Shown here: positions 38,869-48,492 of the stretch, in pieces
Layout of the letters: each line of letters starts with the position of its first letter
Position numbering within the stretch: position 1 is the stretch's first letter
Origin: an uncultured Alphaproteobacteria bacterium
GTDB taxonomy: Bacteria > Pseudomonadota > Alphaproteobacteria > Rs-D84
NCBI GenBank assembly: GCA_963931495.1
Contig: OZ007020.1
Span: 573,880-637,879 of the forward strand
Reading direction: 5' to 3'
Length of the DNA stretch: 64,000 bases
The notes under the pieces: model-generated
Databases searched by the model: none
What the model was told of the DNA's origin: nothing
What the model saw: the letters and a program-made list of their open reading frames with translations, nothing else
Program-made: the position numbers and the translations under genes

Positions 38869-39375
38869 ATGGGTAACAGTTTTTCTTTGGTTAATTTGTT
38901 TACTGGCGATTGGATGACATTGTTTATATCGCTGGTTCTGGTTTTGGCCAGTATTATATCATGGGCGGTCATAATTGAAAAAATCCGTTTGTGGCATATG
39001 AACAAGAAAAATCCAGTAAAAATTAAAAATGGCGATAATTTAACATTGATTGCAGATAAATTAATTCGGCCGTTTGATAAAAATTTGTGGTTTCTGTCAA
39101 TGGTATCGTATGTTGCACCATTTATCGGGCTGTTTGGTACGATTTGGGGCGTAATGGATTCGTTTGCGTCAATTGGTGTGAATCAGTCTGTGTCAATTGG
39201 TGTTATTGCGCCCGGGTTGTCAACTGCACTGGGAACAACCGCGCTTGGGTTGATTGCGGCGGTGCCAGCGGCGATTGCGTACCAGTATTTCAGTAAAAAG
39301 TCAGATGATTTATATGACGTCTTGACCGAACGTGTCAAAGAAATGAAATCAGAAAAACAGCACAAGGATAAATAA
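38869..39375 (+). CDS. tolQ: Tol-Pal system protein TolQ (MotA/TolQ/ExbB family)
   Basis: 168 aa; three TM; GLFGTIWGVMDSFASIG motif. Confidence 0.85.
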   Translation: MGNSFSLVNLFTGDWMTLFISLVLVLASIISWAVIIEKIRLWHMNKKNPVKIKNGDNLTLIADKLIRPFDKNLWFLSMVSYVAPFIGLFGTIWGVMDSFASIGVNQSVSIGVIAPGLSTALGTTALGLIAAVPAAIAYQYFSKKSDDLYDVLTERVKEMKSEKQHKDK

Positions 39376-39378
39376 ATT

Positions 39379-39786
39379 ATGACACGCAGAAGATACAGAA
39401 ATACTGATGTCAATATATCACTGACGCCGATGATTGATATTATGACGGTGTTGTTGGCGGTGTTTATGGTGACAACACCGATGCTGACCACGGGGATTGA
39501 TTTGGATTTGCCAAATGCGGGAAATTCTGTGTTGTCTGGCAATGATCATGCAATTCAAATCAGTGTTGATTCCCAGGGGCGTTATTTTGTTGGTGAAACA
39601 GAACTGTCGCGTGATGATGCGGTGAAACGTGTTGTGGCGATGCGCGGCGAAAATCCTGATTTAACAATAATCATAAACGGTGATACGTCGGCGGATTATG
39701 GTGCGGTTATGTCAGTTATGGGACAATTAAAAGACGCCGGGTTCCAGCGTGTTGGATTGCGCAGTCGTGTCGGGCAAAAACAGTAA
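39379..39786 (+). CDS. tolR: Tol-Pal system protein TolR (ExbD/TolR family)
   Basis: 135 aa; ISLTPMIDIMTVLLAVFMVTTP anchor. Confidence 0.85.
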   Translation: MTRRRYRNTDVNISLTPMIDIMTVLLAVFMVTTPMLTTGIDLDLPNAGNSVLSGNDHAIQISVDSQGRYFVGETELSRDDAVKRVVAMRGENPDLTIIINGDTSADYGAVMSVMGQLKDAGFQRVGLRSRVGQKQ

Positions 39787-39787
39787 C

Positions 39788-40564
39788 ATGAAAATTGTGG
39801 ACAGATTTTCATCAGAAAACTTATTAATATCAATATGCGGGCATTTGGTATTGTTGGCGTTAATGGTTACGTCATTTGTTGTTGTGGTTGATCGTGCACA
39901 ATTGGTTGCCCCAGACAGGATAGAGATACTGGAAATAGATTTGGATTCGGTTAATGTTGGTGGTGATGAAACGGTGCTGTACAACGTTGGCGACGATACA
40001 GAACCGATCCCAGAACCAGAATTAAATCAAGATGTGGCGAATGAACCATCAACGCCAGAAATTCCAGAACCAGAAACAATTGAACCAGAACAAATTGTTG
40101 CCCCCAGTTTGGCTGATGTGACACCGGTTGCCCCAGAAATTCCGGAACCGGTATTGAATGCGGTGGATGATGCAGGTGAAAAAATACCGACGCCAAAGAA
40201 AAAGAAATCCGTTGTGCGTGTTAATCGCGAAGTTGTGTCGCTGGACCGTACATTAACAGTGTCGGTTATTGACGCGTTGCGTGTTGCGATGACGCGCTGT
40301 TGGGTTATTGATACCCAGCGTACCGATTTGGGTGATATTCGTGCGGTTGCGCACTTGACGATGCGGCGAAACGGAACCGTCCGTGACGTTTGGTTTGAAT
40401 CCGCCGCGCGCGCAGAAACAGATATGGCCTTTGCGTATGTGTTGGATACAATTCGTGCGGCAATAAATACGTGCCAACCGTTCAGGATGTTGCCGCCGGA
40501 TGAGTTTGAAAAATGGGAAAAAATCCAATTAACATTCTATCCGACCCAGGGCAAGGTTATGTAG
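39788..40564 (+). CDS. tolA: TolA-like protein (TM anchor, Pro/Glu-rich linker, C-terminal domain)
   Basis: ATG at 39788 gives MKIVDRFSSENLLISICGHLVLLALMV anchor; PEPE-rich middle; position after tolQ-tolR. Confidence 0.6.
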   Translation: MKIVDRFSSENLLISICGHLVLLALMVTSFVVVVDRAQLVAPDRIEILEIDLDSVNVGGDETVLYNVGDDTEPIPEPELNQDVANEPSTPEIPEPETIEPEQIVAPSLADVTPVAPEIPEPVLNAVDDAGEKIPTPKKKKSVVRVNREVVSLDRTLTVSVIDALRVAMTRCWVIDTQRTDLGDIRAVAHLTMRRNGTVRDVWFESAARAETDMAFAYVLDTIRAAINTCQPFRMLPPDEFEKWEKIQLTFYPTQGKVM

Positions 40565-40575
40565 CAAACAAAAAC

Positions 40576-40597
40576 CCGCGATTATATAATCGCGGAT
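40576..40597. terminator. Bidirectional terminator between tolA and rnpB
   Basis: ccgcgatta-tata-taatcgcgg flanked by aaaaa / tttttt. Confidence 0.65.
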
Positions 40598-40604
40598 TTT
40601 TTAT

Positions 40605-40937
40605 GTACAGACGCCCGATAAGCCGGATTCTGTTCTGCCCTGGCCTTGTTGTTGCCAACCAAAACCGGGGTAGCGAGCATAATTAGTCTGCATAATGTGT
40701 TACCACAATATGTCAAGCCTTCTACCCGTCCCCTTGTTTGGGACACACATTGGGGACCTATTTGAAGTTGCTGCGCGCAGAGATTGCCCGTTTCACCCGA
40801 TATGTTTCAATCGATTCGTCACTGTTGCTCTGATCGTCGGGTTGCCCCGCCCGGTCATTAGCCGGTACGCCGTCCCATGCAGTCCGGACTTTCCTCCAAT
40901 TTTCCAAAGAAAATCAGCTATGCTCTGTTCGTCTGCA
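40605..40937 (-). ncRNA. rnpB: RNase P RNA, bacterial type A
   Basis: Minus strand reads GGAGGAAAGTCCGGACTGCATGGGAC (P4 5' strand) and ACAGAATCCGGCTTATCGGGCGTCTG (P4 3' strand/3' end); 5' GCAGACG pairs with 3' CGTCTG (P1); ~333 nt; no protein ORF. Confidence 0.8.
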
Positions 40938-41044
40938 CTGTGGTGCATTTTATCATTGATTTTGCAATTATCAATATAAATTGAATTTTTTACTTGCACA
41001 ACATATGCCGTTTTTCATAAAATGGGCGTGTAAAGAGAAAAAAA

Positions 41045-41602
41045 GTGAGAAGAATGTCAAAAATTTTACGCATTTTTGCGTGTTTGTTTGCGTTGTTTTT
41101 TGTTGTTGATGCGTCTGGTGCGGGGTATACATGCTCTGCGTCGTCCAAGAAATATACATCATGCAAATCCGGATATTATATGTATGGTGGTACAGGTGCC
41201 GGAAATTCATGTAAAAAATGTCCGACGGGATATCCGAATTCGGCGGGTGGGAACATTGGTCAAAGCATGTGCTATAAGACATGTGAAGACATAGATATTA
41301 CCGGTGGGACGAATGTACCGACCAGTGGCACAGCGTATTATGGCAACAGTTGCACATATACGACGATTTGTGACGACGGGTATAATCTGACGGGGACAAA
41401 CACGTGCAGCCAGTTATGTACACTGGGTGTGACCAGTCTGCGTACGGGCAATGGTGTGACGATACCGTTGTACAGTTCGGCATTATCCACGCCATCGTTA
41501 AACATTGGTACTGGTGGTGGCGTATGCTATGGCATATTGGAAAGTGGTGCGGGAACACTGAACATCCAATATGACGGCAAAACGTATCATGTAATTGATT
41601 AA
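41045..41602 (+). CDS. Secreted Cys-rich CxxGYY/CxxCPxGY-repeat protein (paralog family)
   Basis: 185 aa; signal peptide; CKSGYYMYGGTGAGNSCKKCPTGYPNSAGGN, CDDGYNLTGTNTC. Confidence 0.6.
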   Translation: MRRMSKILRIFACLFALFFVVDASGAGYTCSASSKKYTSCKSGYYMYGGTGAGNSCKKCPTGYPNSAGGNIGQSMCYKTCEDIDITGGTNVPTSGTAYYGNSCTYTTICDDGYNLTGTNTCSQLCTLGVTSLRTGNGVTIPLYSSALSTPSLNIGTGGGVCYGILESGAGTLNIQYDGKTYHVID

Positions 41603-41619
41603 GAATATCAGTGATAAAA

Positions 41620-41645
41620 ATATCCGGTCATTTATGGCCGGATAT
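41620..41645 (+). terminator. Rho-independent terminator after Cys-rich gene
   Basis: atatccgg-tcatttatgg-ccggatat then ttttat. Confidence 0.55.
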
Positions 41646-41659
41646 TTTATATATGTGTT

Positions 41660-41878
41660 TTATTTTCGGTGTTCCCCCTGGTGTCGGGCGGCAACCAATG
41701 CGGTGCGTAAAGATTGTTCGGCAATTTGACGGATCTTTTGTGCAAACGTTCGCATATTCATTGCGTCGGCAACCCCATCGGCAAAAATTTGTGATATATA
41801 TTCAATTTGACTGGGGGCGATAACAAAATGTTCGCTGGTTATATCAGATGGCTTTAATTTATATACAGATTCACGCAT
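41660..41878 (-). CDS. Small hypothetical protein divergent from secA
   Basis: 72 aa ORF, no motif; could be non-coding. Confidence 0.2.
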   Translation of the reverse strand: MRESVYKLKPSDITSEHFVIAPSQIEYISQIFADGVADAMNMRTFAQKIRQIAEQSLRTALVAARHQGEHRK

Positions 41879-42000
41879 TTTATCCCCCTCATTTTTATAT
41901 TACAAGACTTGTTTGTTTTCTTATTTGCATTATATCATAAAGTATCTTGACCGCAAGGTGCAAAGTTGCTATAAATTATGGACAAAACAAGGATTGGGTA

Positions 42001-44610
42001 ATGTTAAAGAATTTTATTGGTAGATTACTTGGCTCGGCCAATGACAGAATTGTAAAGTCTTATGATAAAACAGTTTCGTTGATTAATGATTTAGAACCAA
42101 AATATCATGCAATGTCAGATGAAGAATTACGCGCACAGACGGATGTATTGCGTAATCGTCTGGCAAATGGCGAAAAAGAAAAAGATATTTTGGCGGACGC
42201 GTTTGCCGTCGTTCGCGAGGCGTCGTTGCGGTCAATCGGTCTGCGGCATTTTAATGTGCAATTAATTGGTGGAATGGTTTTGAATAATGGCCAAATTGCA
42301 GAAATGAAAACAGGTGAAGGTAAAACGCTGGTCGCGACGTTGGCGTTGTATCTGAAGGCTCTGCACGGGCGTGGTGCACATCTGATTACGGTTAATGATT
42401 ATTTGGCGTCGCGTGACGCAAACTGGATGGGGCAAGTATACAAATTTTTAGGCTTGACCGTTGGTATTATCCAACATGATATGACCGATGATGAACGCCG
42501 TGCAGCATATGCATGCGATATTACGTATGTCACAAATTCTGAATTAGGATTTGATTATTTGCGCGATAATATGAAATTTACCAAGGCACAGCAAGTGTTG
42601 CGTCCATTATTCTTTGCCATCGTTGACGAAGTAGACAGCATTTTGATTGATGAAGCGCGTACACCACTGATTATTTCTGGGCCTGCCGAAGATACCAGTG
42701 AATTATATGAAAAAGTTGATGCGGTGGTGGCACAACTGGGACCAGACGATTACAAGAAAGATGAAAAAGATCGTCATGTAACATTGACAGAATCAGGGGT
42801 TGATACTGTAACAAAATTGTTGCAGGACGCAGGATTGCTAATCGGGGATAATTTGTATGCGTCTGAGAATGCCGCCGTGGTTATGCATATTCAGCAATCA
42901 TTGTTGGCGCATCATTTGTACCAGAAAAATGTTAACTATGTCGTGCGCAATGGTGAAATTTTAATCGTAGATGAATTTACCGGGCGTGTTATGACCGGAC
43001 GCCGGTTTGGTAAAGGTTTGCACCAGGCGATTGAGGCCAAAGAACATGTCAAGGTTCAGCCAGAAAATCAAACAGTGTCCAGTATATCTTACCAGAACTT
43101 GTTCCGGTTGTATCCAACATTGGCCGGAATGACCGGAACCGCCATGACCGAAGCCGCAGAATTTGAAGAAATTTATAAACTGCGCGTTGTGTCTATACCA
43201 ACAAATCGGCCGGTCGCACGTGTTGACCATCATGATGAAATATATCGCAATAAAGAAGAAAAATATGACGCGATTATTAAACAAATTTCAGAATGTATGT
43301 CACGAAATCAGCCGGTATTGGTCGGAACCGTGTCAATTGAAAAGTCTGAAGAACTGGCCGCGATTGTACGTAAAAAATTAAATATTAACCCAGCCGTGCT
43401 GAATGCAAAACATCATGAATCCGAAGCAAAAATTGTCGCCCAGGCCGGTGCCCCAGGCGCGGTCACAATCGCAACCAATATGGCGGGCCGCGGAACGGAT
43501 ATTAAACTGGGCGGAAATGCCGAAGAATTAATTGCAGAACTGGATCCGGATGATGTGGATTTTGATGCAAAAAAACAAGAAATCTATGACAGAATAGAAA
43601 AAAATAAAAAACAGGTCTTGGATGCCGGTGGCTTGTATGTAATTGGTACAGAACGTCATGAATCGCGTCGTATTGATAATCAATTGCGTGGACGCAGTGG
43701 ACGTCAAGGTGATCCCGGTGATTCAAAGTTCTTTTTGGCGTTGGATGACGATTTAATGCGTATCTTTGGGGCCGCACGGTTACAGGGAATGTTGACCACA
43801 TTGGGATTAAAGCCAGGTGAAGCAATTACCCATCCGTGGATAACCAAGGCATTGGAAAAGGCACAAAAGCGTGTTGAAGCACGGTATTTTGAATCCCGCA
43901 AAGAATTGCTGAAATATGATGACGTTATGAATGAACAGCGTGGCGTTGTTTACAAACAGCGCGATGATTTAATGGTGTCTGATGATTTGGCACCGCTGGC
44001 ACGCGAAATGATTGGCGATGTCGTAGAACTGATTTGTGAAAACAATATCCCAGAAAAAGCACATCCGGCAGATTGGAATTTGCGCGGAATTCATGATGCA
44101 ATGATGCGTGCATTTGCATTGGATATCACGGATATTGATAAATGGAAAACAGACGAAACAATATCAGAACATCGGGCGTATGAAATCTTGAATAATTTGG
44201 CAATGCGCAGATATCAAAGCCAGGCCGAAAAGTATGGCCCAGAATTAATGCAAATGGCGTCACGACAAATGATGCTTGGGGCGTTGGATACGGTATGGAA
44301 ACGCCATTTACAGCAAATGGACTATTTGCAGACGGCAATTGGACTGCGTGGGTATGCCCAACGAAACCCGTTGTATGAATATAAGCGGGAAGCATTAGGG
44401 TTGTTCAAAAATACGATTAATAATTTCAAAATTATGTCTGTGTCGTATATTTGTCGGATGGAATTAACACGCGAAGATGTTGCTGCCACAGAAAAAGAAC
44501 ATGCGCGGCATGACGCGGCATTAAACCAGGCGGGCGAAGCACGTCGGAATGCCCCATGCCCATGTGGTTCGGGCTTAAAATATAAGCATTGTTGTGGTAA
44601 ATTAAAATAA
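42001..44610 (+). CDS. secA: Preprotein translocase ATPase SecA (with C-terminal Zn finger)
   Basis: True start MLKNFIGRLLGSANDR at 42001; DEAD-motor motifs; C-terminal CPCGSGLKYKHCCG. Confidence 0.9.
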   Translation: MLKNFIGRLLGSANDRIVKSYDKTVSLINDLEPKYHAMSDEELRAQTDVLRNRLANGEKEKDILADAFAVVREASLRSIGLRHFNVQLIGGMVLNNGQIAEMKTGEGKTLVATLALYLKALHGRGAHLITVNDYLASRDANWMGQVYKFLGLTVGIIQHDMTDDERRAAYACDITYVTNSELGFDYLRDNMKFTKAQQVLRPLFFAIVDEVDSILIDEARTPLIISGPAEDTSELYEKVDAVVAQLGPDDYKKDEKDRHVTLTESGVDTVTKLLQDAGLLIGDNLYASENAAVVMHIQQSLLAHHLYQKNVNYVVRNGEILIVDEFTGRVMTGRRFGKGLHQAIEAKEHVKVQPENQTVSSISYQNLFRLYPTLAGMTGTAMTEAAEFEEIYKLRVVSIPTNRPVARVDHHDEIYRNKEEKYDAIIKQISECMSRNQPVLVGTVSIEKSEELAAIVRKKLNINPAVLNAKHHESEAKIVAQAGAPGAVTIATNMAGRGTDIKLGGNAEELIAELDPDDVDFDAKKQEIYDRIEKNKKQVLDAGGLYVIGTERHESRRIDNQLRGRSGRQGDPGDSKFFLALDDDLMRIFGAARLQGMLTTLGLKPGEAITHPWITKALEKAQKRVEARYFESRKELLKYDDVMNEQRGVVYKQRDDLMVSDDLAPLAREMIGDVVELICENNIPEKAHPADWNLRGIHDAMMRAFALDITDIDKWKTDETISEHRAYEILNNLAMRRYQSQAEKYGPELMQMASRQMMLGALDTVWKRHLQQMDYLQTAIGLRGYAQRNPLYEYKREALGLFKNTINNFKIMSVSYICRMELTREDVAATEKEHARHDAALNQAGEARRNAPCPCGSGLKYKHCCGKLK

Positions 44611-44611
44611 A

Positions 44612-44633
44612 ACATCCGCCAATTGGCGGATGT
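44612..44633. terminator. Bidirectional terminator between secA and tadA
   Basis: acatccgcc-aatt-ggcggatgt + ttttt. Confidence 0.7.
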
Positions 44634-44650
44634 TTTTGTGTCAGATGAAT

Positions 44651-45085
44651 TTATTTACGACGTGCCACAAAAAAATCACGTAACATTTTTGCCGATTCTT
44701 TGGCATATGTTGTATCGTGGATAACGTTCGGACGCCACAGATGACGGTCGTTGTCATATATACGTGCGTTGTGCGCGATTCCCCCGCCCTTTTCGTCTGT
44801 GGCGGCATAGTATATATTACGAATTCGGGCCAATGATATCGCCGTTGCGCACATCGCACATGGTTCCAATGTTACGTATATGTCACAATTATCAAGAAAT
44901 TTCACCCCCAGTTTGCGGCATGCGCGATTTATTGCGACAATTTCGGCATGTAGTGTTGGGTTCTGTTTCTGTTGCACTTGGTTTTCACCGCGCGCAATAA
45001 TTTTATTGTCGCGCACAATGACGGCACCAATTGGCACATCGTCGTGTGATTGGGCCCGAATTGCTGAATTAATGGCTTGCTTCAT
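44651..45085 (-). CDS. tadA: tRNA-specific adenosine deaminase
   Basis: HAEIVAI, LEPCAMC zinc-binding CDA motifs; start MKQAINSAIRA at 45085. Confidence 0.85.
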   Translation of the reverse strand: MKQAINSAIRAQSHDDVPIGAVIVRDNKIIARGENQVQQKQNPTLHAEIVAINRACRKLGVKFLDNCDIYVTLEPCAMCATAISLARIRNIYYAATDEKGGGIAHNARIYDNDRHLWRPNVIHDTTYAKESAKMLRDFFVARRK

Positions 45086-45111
45086 AAATATCATGATGTA
45101 CACTGTAATGC

Positions 45112-45675
45112 ATGAATTCAAAATTGCAAATTATTTCAGGAAAGTTTCGCGGACGTAAATTATATCTGCCACCGAATGCGCGCCCAACCCAGCAGCGTGC
45201 GCGTGCAGCCTTGTTTAATATGTTGGCATCTGGGGTTGTTGGCACGGACGGTTGTATAAACGTGTGGGATGCGTTTGCCGGCAGTGGCGCGTTCGGTATA
45301 GAATTTATATCGCGTTATCCAAATGCCAAGGTTGTTTTTACAGATGTTGCAAAAGAATCACTTGATACAATTCGGCGTAATCTGGCGATGTTGGGGGTTG
45401 GGAATTCTGGGACCGTTGTGGCCGGGGATGCGGTGGCGCTGGTGACACGGTTTGGCATGAATTCCGATGTTGTTTTTGTTGATGCACCATATTCAGATGC
45501 AGACGTGGCACGGATATTTGTTGCAAATTTGACGCGTGTTGCCCGTCCTGGTACGATTTTAATCTGGGAACAAGAAAATGAAAAATCAATAAATGACCCA
45601 GATGGCTGGGGGGTGTTGCGTGATAAAAAATATGGGCGGGCGCGATTTTTGATTTTACAGCGAACGACAGAATAA
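45112..45675 (+). CDS. rsmD: 16S rRNA (guanine966-N2)-methyltransferase RsmD
   Basis: 187 aa; ISGKFRGRKL N-terminus, DAFAGSGAFGIEFIS SAM site, VDAPY motif. Confidence 0.8.
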   Translation: MNSKLQIISGKFRGRKLYLPPNARPTQQRARAALFNMLASGVVGTDGCINVWDAFAGSGAFGIEFISRYPNAKVVFTDVAKESLDTIRRNLAMLGVGNSGTVVAGDAVALVTRFGMNSDVVFVDAPYSDADVARIFVANLTRVARPGTILIWEQENEKSINDPDGWGVLRDKKYGRARFLILQRTTE

Positions 45676-45775
45676 AAACCTTGATTTTTCAATATTTTTG
45701 ATAAATAATATGCCCCGCACGGCACCCTTGGAGGTCGTGCAGCAATAAAATACCATATAAAAAAGGAAATATAAA

Positions 45776-46414
45776 ATGGCAATACAAATAAAAGCAAGTG
45801 TTCGCAACGCTGGTGGCAAGGGGGCCGCGCGTAGCATACGTAAAAACAAGAATGTACCTGGGGTAATCTATGGTGAGAAAAAGGCGCCAGTTGCGATTGA
45901 ATTAAATGGGCGCGATTTTGAAACGTTGTTACAGACACCAAGTTTACGCACAAAGTTATTTGAAATTGATACAGAAAATGGCAAAGAAGATGCCATGCTG
46001 ATGGATATTCAATATCATCCTGTTTCGGATAATGTTGTTCATGTTGACTTTAAGCGTATTGATGTTAAAAAGCCTGTTAACGTCAGTGTGCCAGTTGAAG
46101 TTATTAATGCTGATGTGTCCAAGGGATTAAAGTTGGGCGGCGTTTTGAACTTTGCGGTACGTAAGGTTGCATTACGTGGTTTGGTTCATGATATCCCAGA
46201 AAAAATAACAATTGATTTAACAAATTTGAATGTCGGTGAATCTGTACACGGTTCTGATTTAGTGCTGCCAGATGGCGTAGAATTGGGACTGCACCAGGCG
46301 GAATTGGCGTTCGCGATAATTGGCGGGAAAATGCCTGATGAAGCAGATTCAGCCAGACCAGCATCTGCCCCAGCGGCAGCAGCACCGGCGGTATCAGATG
46401 AAGCCAAAAAATAA
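45776..46414 (+). CDS. rplY: 50S ribosomal protein L25 / general stress protein Ctc
   Basis: 212 aa; RNAGGKGAARSIRKNKNVPGVIYG N-terminus. Confidence 0.85.
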   Translation: MAIQIKASVRNAGGKGAARSIRKNKNVPGVIYGEKKAPVAIELNGRDFETLLQTPSLRTKLFEIDTENGKEDAMLMDIQYHPVSDNVVHVDFKRIDVKKPVNVSVPVEVINADVSKGLKLGGVLNFAVRKVALRGLVHDIPEKITIDLTNLNVGESVHGSDLVLPDGVELGLHQAELAFAIIGGKMPDEADSARPASAPAAAAPAVSDEAKK

Positions 46415-46435
46415 AACAGGTGTTGTTTATGTCAC

Positions 46436-46460
46436 AACCGTCCGATTTGGACGGTTTTTT
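46436..46460 (+). terminator. Rho-independent terminator after rplY
   Basis: aaccgtccg-attt-ggacggtt + tttttt. Confidence 0.7.
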
Positions 46461-46555
46461 GTTATTATTTTTTTCCTGTGGCCTTGAAATGATGTTTACG
46501 GTTAACTATATGCATACTAAGCAAAAACACAAAACAATTTGCAAGGAGTGAAAAA

Positions 46556-48448
46556 ATGGCAAAAGTATTGGGTATTGATTTGGGAACAACAAATTCTGCC
46601 ATGGCTTTTATGGATGGCAGTGACCCAAAAATTATTGAAAATTCCGAAGGACAGCGCACAACCCCGTCTGTTGTTGCAATAACGTCGGGCGGTGAACAGT
46701 TGGTTGGTATTACCGCAAAAAACCAGGCTGTGACAAATCCAGAAAATACAATATATGAAATTAAGCGTTTAATGGGATTGCGTTATGACAGTCCAGCAGT
46801 TAAAGAAATTGCGGCGCGTGTGCCGTATAAAATTGTCGCAGGCGATAATGGCGATGCATGGGTTGAAATTGACGGTAAAAAATATGCCCCGTCCCAGATT
46901 TCGGCAATGATTTTGGCAAAATTAAAGAAAGATGCAGAAGCGTATCTGGGTGAAACAATTTCAGATGCAGTTATCACTGTGCCGGCATATTTTAATGATT
47001 CTCAACGCCAGGCAACAAAAGACGCCGGACGTATCGCTGGGTTGAATGTTTTGCGTATTGTTAATGAACCAACCGCGGCGGCATTGGCGTATGGTATGGA
47101 CAAGAATAAAAACGGAACCATTGCGGTGTATGACTTGGGTGGTGGTACGTTTGATATTTCTATACTGGAAATTGTTGATGGTGTGTTTGAAGTTAAATCA
47201 ACAAATGGTGATACCGCGTTGGGTGGTTCGGATTTTGACGCGCGTGTATTGAAATACTTGATTGATGAATTCAAATCCCAGACTGGTATTGATTTGTCTG
47301 GTGACAAATTGGCGTTGCAGCGGTTAAAAGAAGCTGCCGAAAAAGCCAAAATTGAATTGTCATCCAAGACGACGACGGATATCAATTTACCGTTCTTGAC
47401 GGCGGATGCATCGGGTCCAAAGCACTTTAATACAACGCTGACACGTGCAAAATTGGAATCTTTGGTGGATGATTTAATTCAAAAAACAATTGAACCGTGT
47501 CGCAAGGCATTGAAAGATGCAGGGCTGGACAAAGGCCAGATTAATGAAGTTATTCTGGTTGGTGGCCAGACACGTATGCCAAAGGTTCAAGAAACAGTCA
47601 AAGAATTCTTTGGGCGCGAACCACACAAAGGTGTTAACCCAGATGAAGTTGTTGCACTGGGGGCCGCAATTCAAGGTGGCGTGTTAAAGGGTGATGTCAA
47701 AGATGTATTGTTGTTGGATGTTACACCGTTGTCTTTGGGAATTGAAACGTTGGGCGGTGTGTTCACACGTCTGATTGATCGTAACACAACGATTCCAACC
47801 AAAAAATCACAAGTGTTCAGTACGGCCGAAGATAATCAATCGGCGGTCACTATTCGTGTGTTCCAGGGTGAACGCGATATGGCGGCGGACAATAAATTAT
47901 TGGGGCAATTTAATTTAGAAGGTATTGCACCTGCCCCGCGTGGTATGCCACAGATAGAAGTATCATTTGATATTGATGCAAATGGTATTGTTCATGTGTC
48001 TGCCAAAGATAAAGGCACCGGTAAAGAACAGGCGATTTCAATCAAATCAGACGGTGGATTGTCCGAAGATGAAATTAAACGTATGGTTGATGAAGCCGCC
48101 GCAAACGCCGATGCAGATAAAAAGAAACGTGAATTGGCCGAAGCGAAAAATAATGCAGAAACAGCCATATTTACGGTTGACAAGGCGTTAAAAGAACATG
48201 GCGACAAAATCAGTGCAGATGAAAAAACAGCCATAGAAAATGCCAAGAAAGAATTGGCAGACGAATTGGCGAAATCTGATGTAACCGCAGAAGTTCTGAA
48301 AGAAAAAACAGATGCGTTGACCGAAAAGTCTATGAAACTGGGCGAAGCGGTATACAAGGCATCACAAGAAGCGGCGGCATCTGAAAACACTGACAGCAAG
48401 TCAAATGATGACGGTACGCGTGACGCAGATTTTTCTGAAAAGAAATAA
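46556..48448 (+). CDS. dnaK: Hsp70 chaperone DnaK (stand-alone; no grpE/dnaJ adjacent in window)
   Basis: 630 aa; [16 protein letters not shown], substrate-binding domain and EEVD-less Lys/Glu-rich tail. Confidence 0.85.
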   Translation: MAKVLGIDLGTTNSAMAFMDGSDPKIIENSEGQRTTPSVVAITSGGEQLVGITAKNQAVTNPENTIYEIKRLMGLRYDSPAVKEIAARVPYKIVAGDNGDAWVEIDGKKYAPSQISAMILAKLKKDAEAYLGETISDAVITVPAYFNDSQRQATKDAGRIAGLNVLRIVNEPTAAALAYGMDKNKNGTIAVYDLGGGTFDISILEIVDGVFEVKSTNGDTALGGSDFDARVLKYLIDEFKSQTGIDLSGDKLALQRLKEAAEKAKIELSSKTTTDINLPFLTADASGPKHFNTTLTRAKLESLVDDLIQKTIEPCRKALKDAGLDKGQINEVILVGGQTRMPKVQETVKEFFGREPHKGVNPDEVVALGAAIQGGVLKGDVKDVLLLDVTPLSLGIETLGGVFTRLIDRNTTIPTKKSQVFSTAEDNQSAVTIRVFQGERDMAADNKLLGQFNLEGIAPAPRGMPQIEVSFDIDANGIVHVSAKDKGTGKEQAISIKSDGGLSEDEIKRMVDEAAANADADKKKRELAEAKNNAETAIFTVDKALKEHGDKISADEKTAIENAKKELADELAKSDVTAEVLKEKTDALTEKSMKLGEAVYKASQEAAASENTDSKSNDDGTRDADFSEKK

Positions 48449-48469
48449 TCGCATCGCCGTTAACAAAAA

Positions 48470-48492
48470 ATCCCGCAGTTGCGGGATTTTTT
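48470..48492. terminator. Bidirectional terminator between dnaK and Cys-rich gene
   Basis: atcccgca-gt-tgcgggat flanked by aaaaaa / tttttt. Confidence 0.7.

Noticed and set aside
40570-41044. Possible tmRNA (ssrA) in the ORF-free region
   Set aside because: No tRNA-like acceptor/T-arm or tag-peptide reading frame was found. The sequence instead matches the RNase P RNA P4/P1 elements.
45315-45953. 212-aa minus-strand ORF spanning rsmD and the rplY upstream region
   Set aside because: Antisense to rsmD, with no motif. The intergenic part probably holds the rplY promoter and leader.
46556-48448. Possibility that the Hsp70 gene is HscA rather than DnaK
   Set aside because: The C-terminal Lys/Glu-rich lid and tail and the absence of neighbouring hscB/fdx/isc genes favour DnaK. 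However the N-terminal motif (NSAMAF) is atypical, so a diverged second Hsp70 cannot be excluded.
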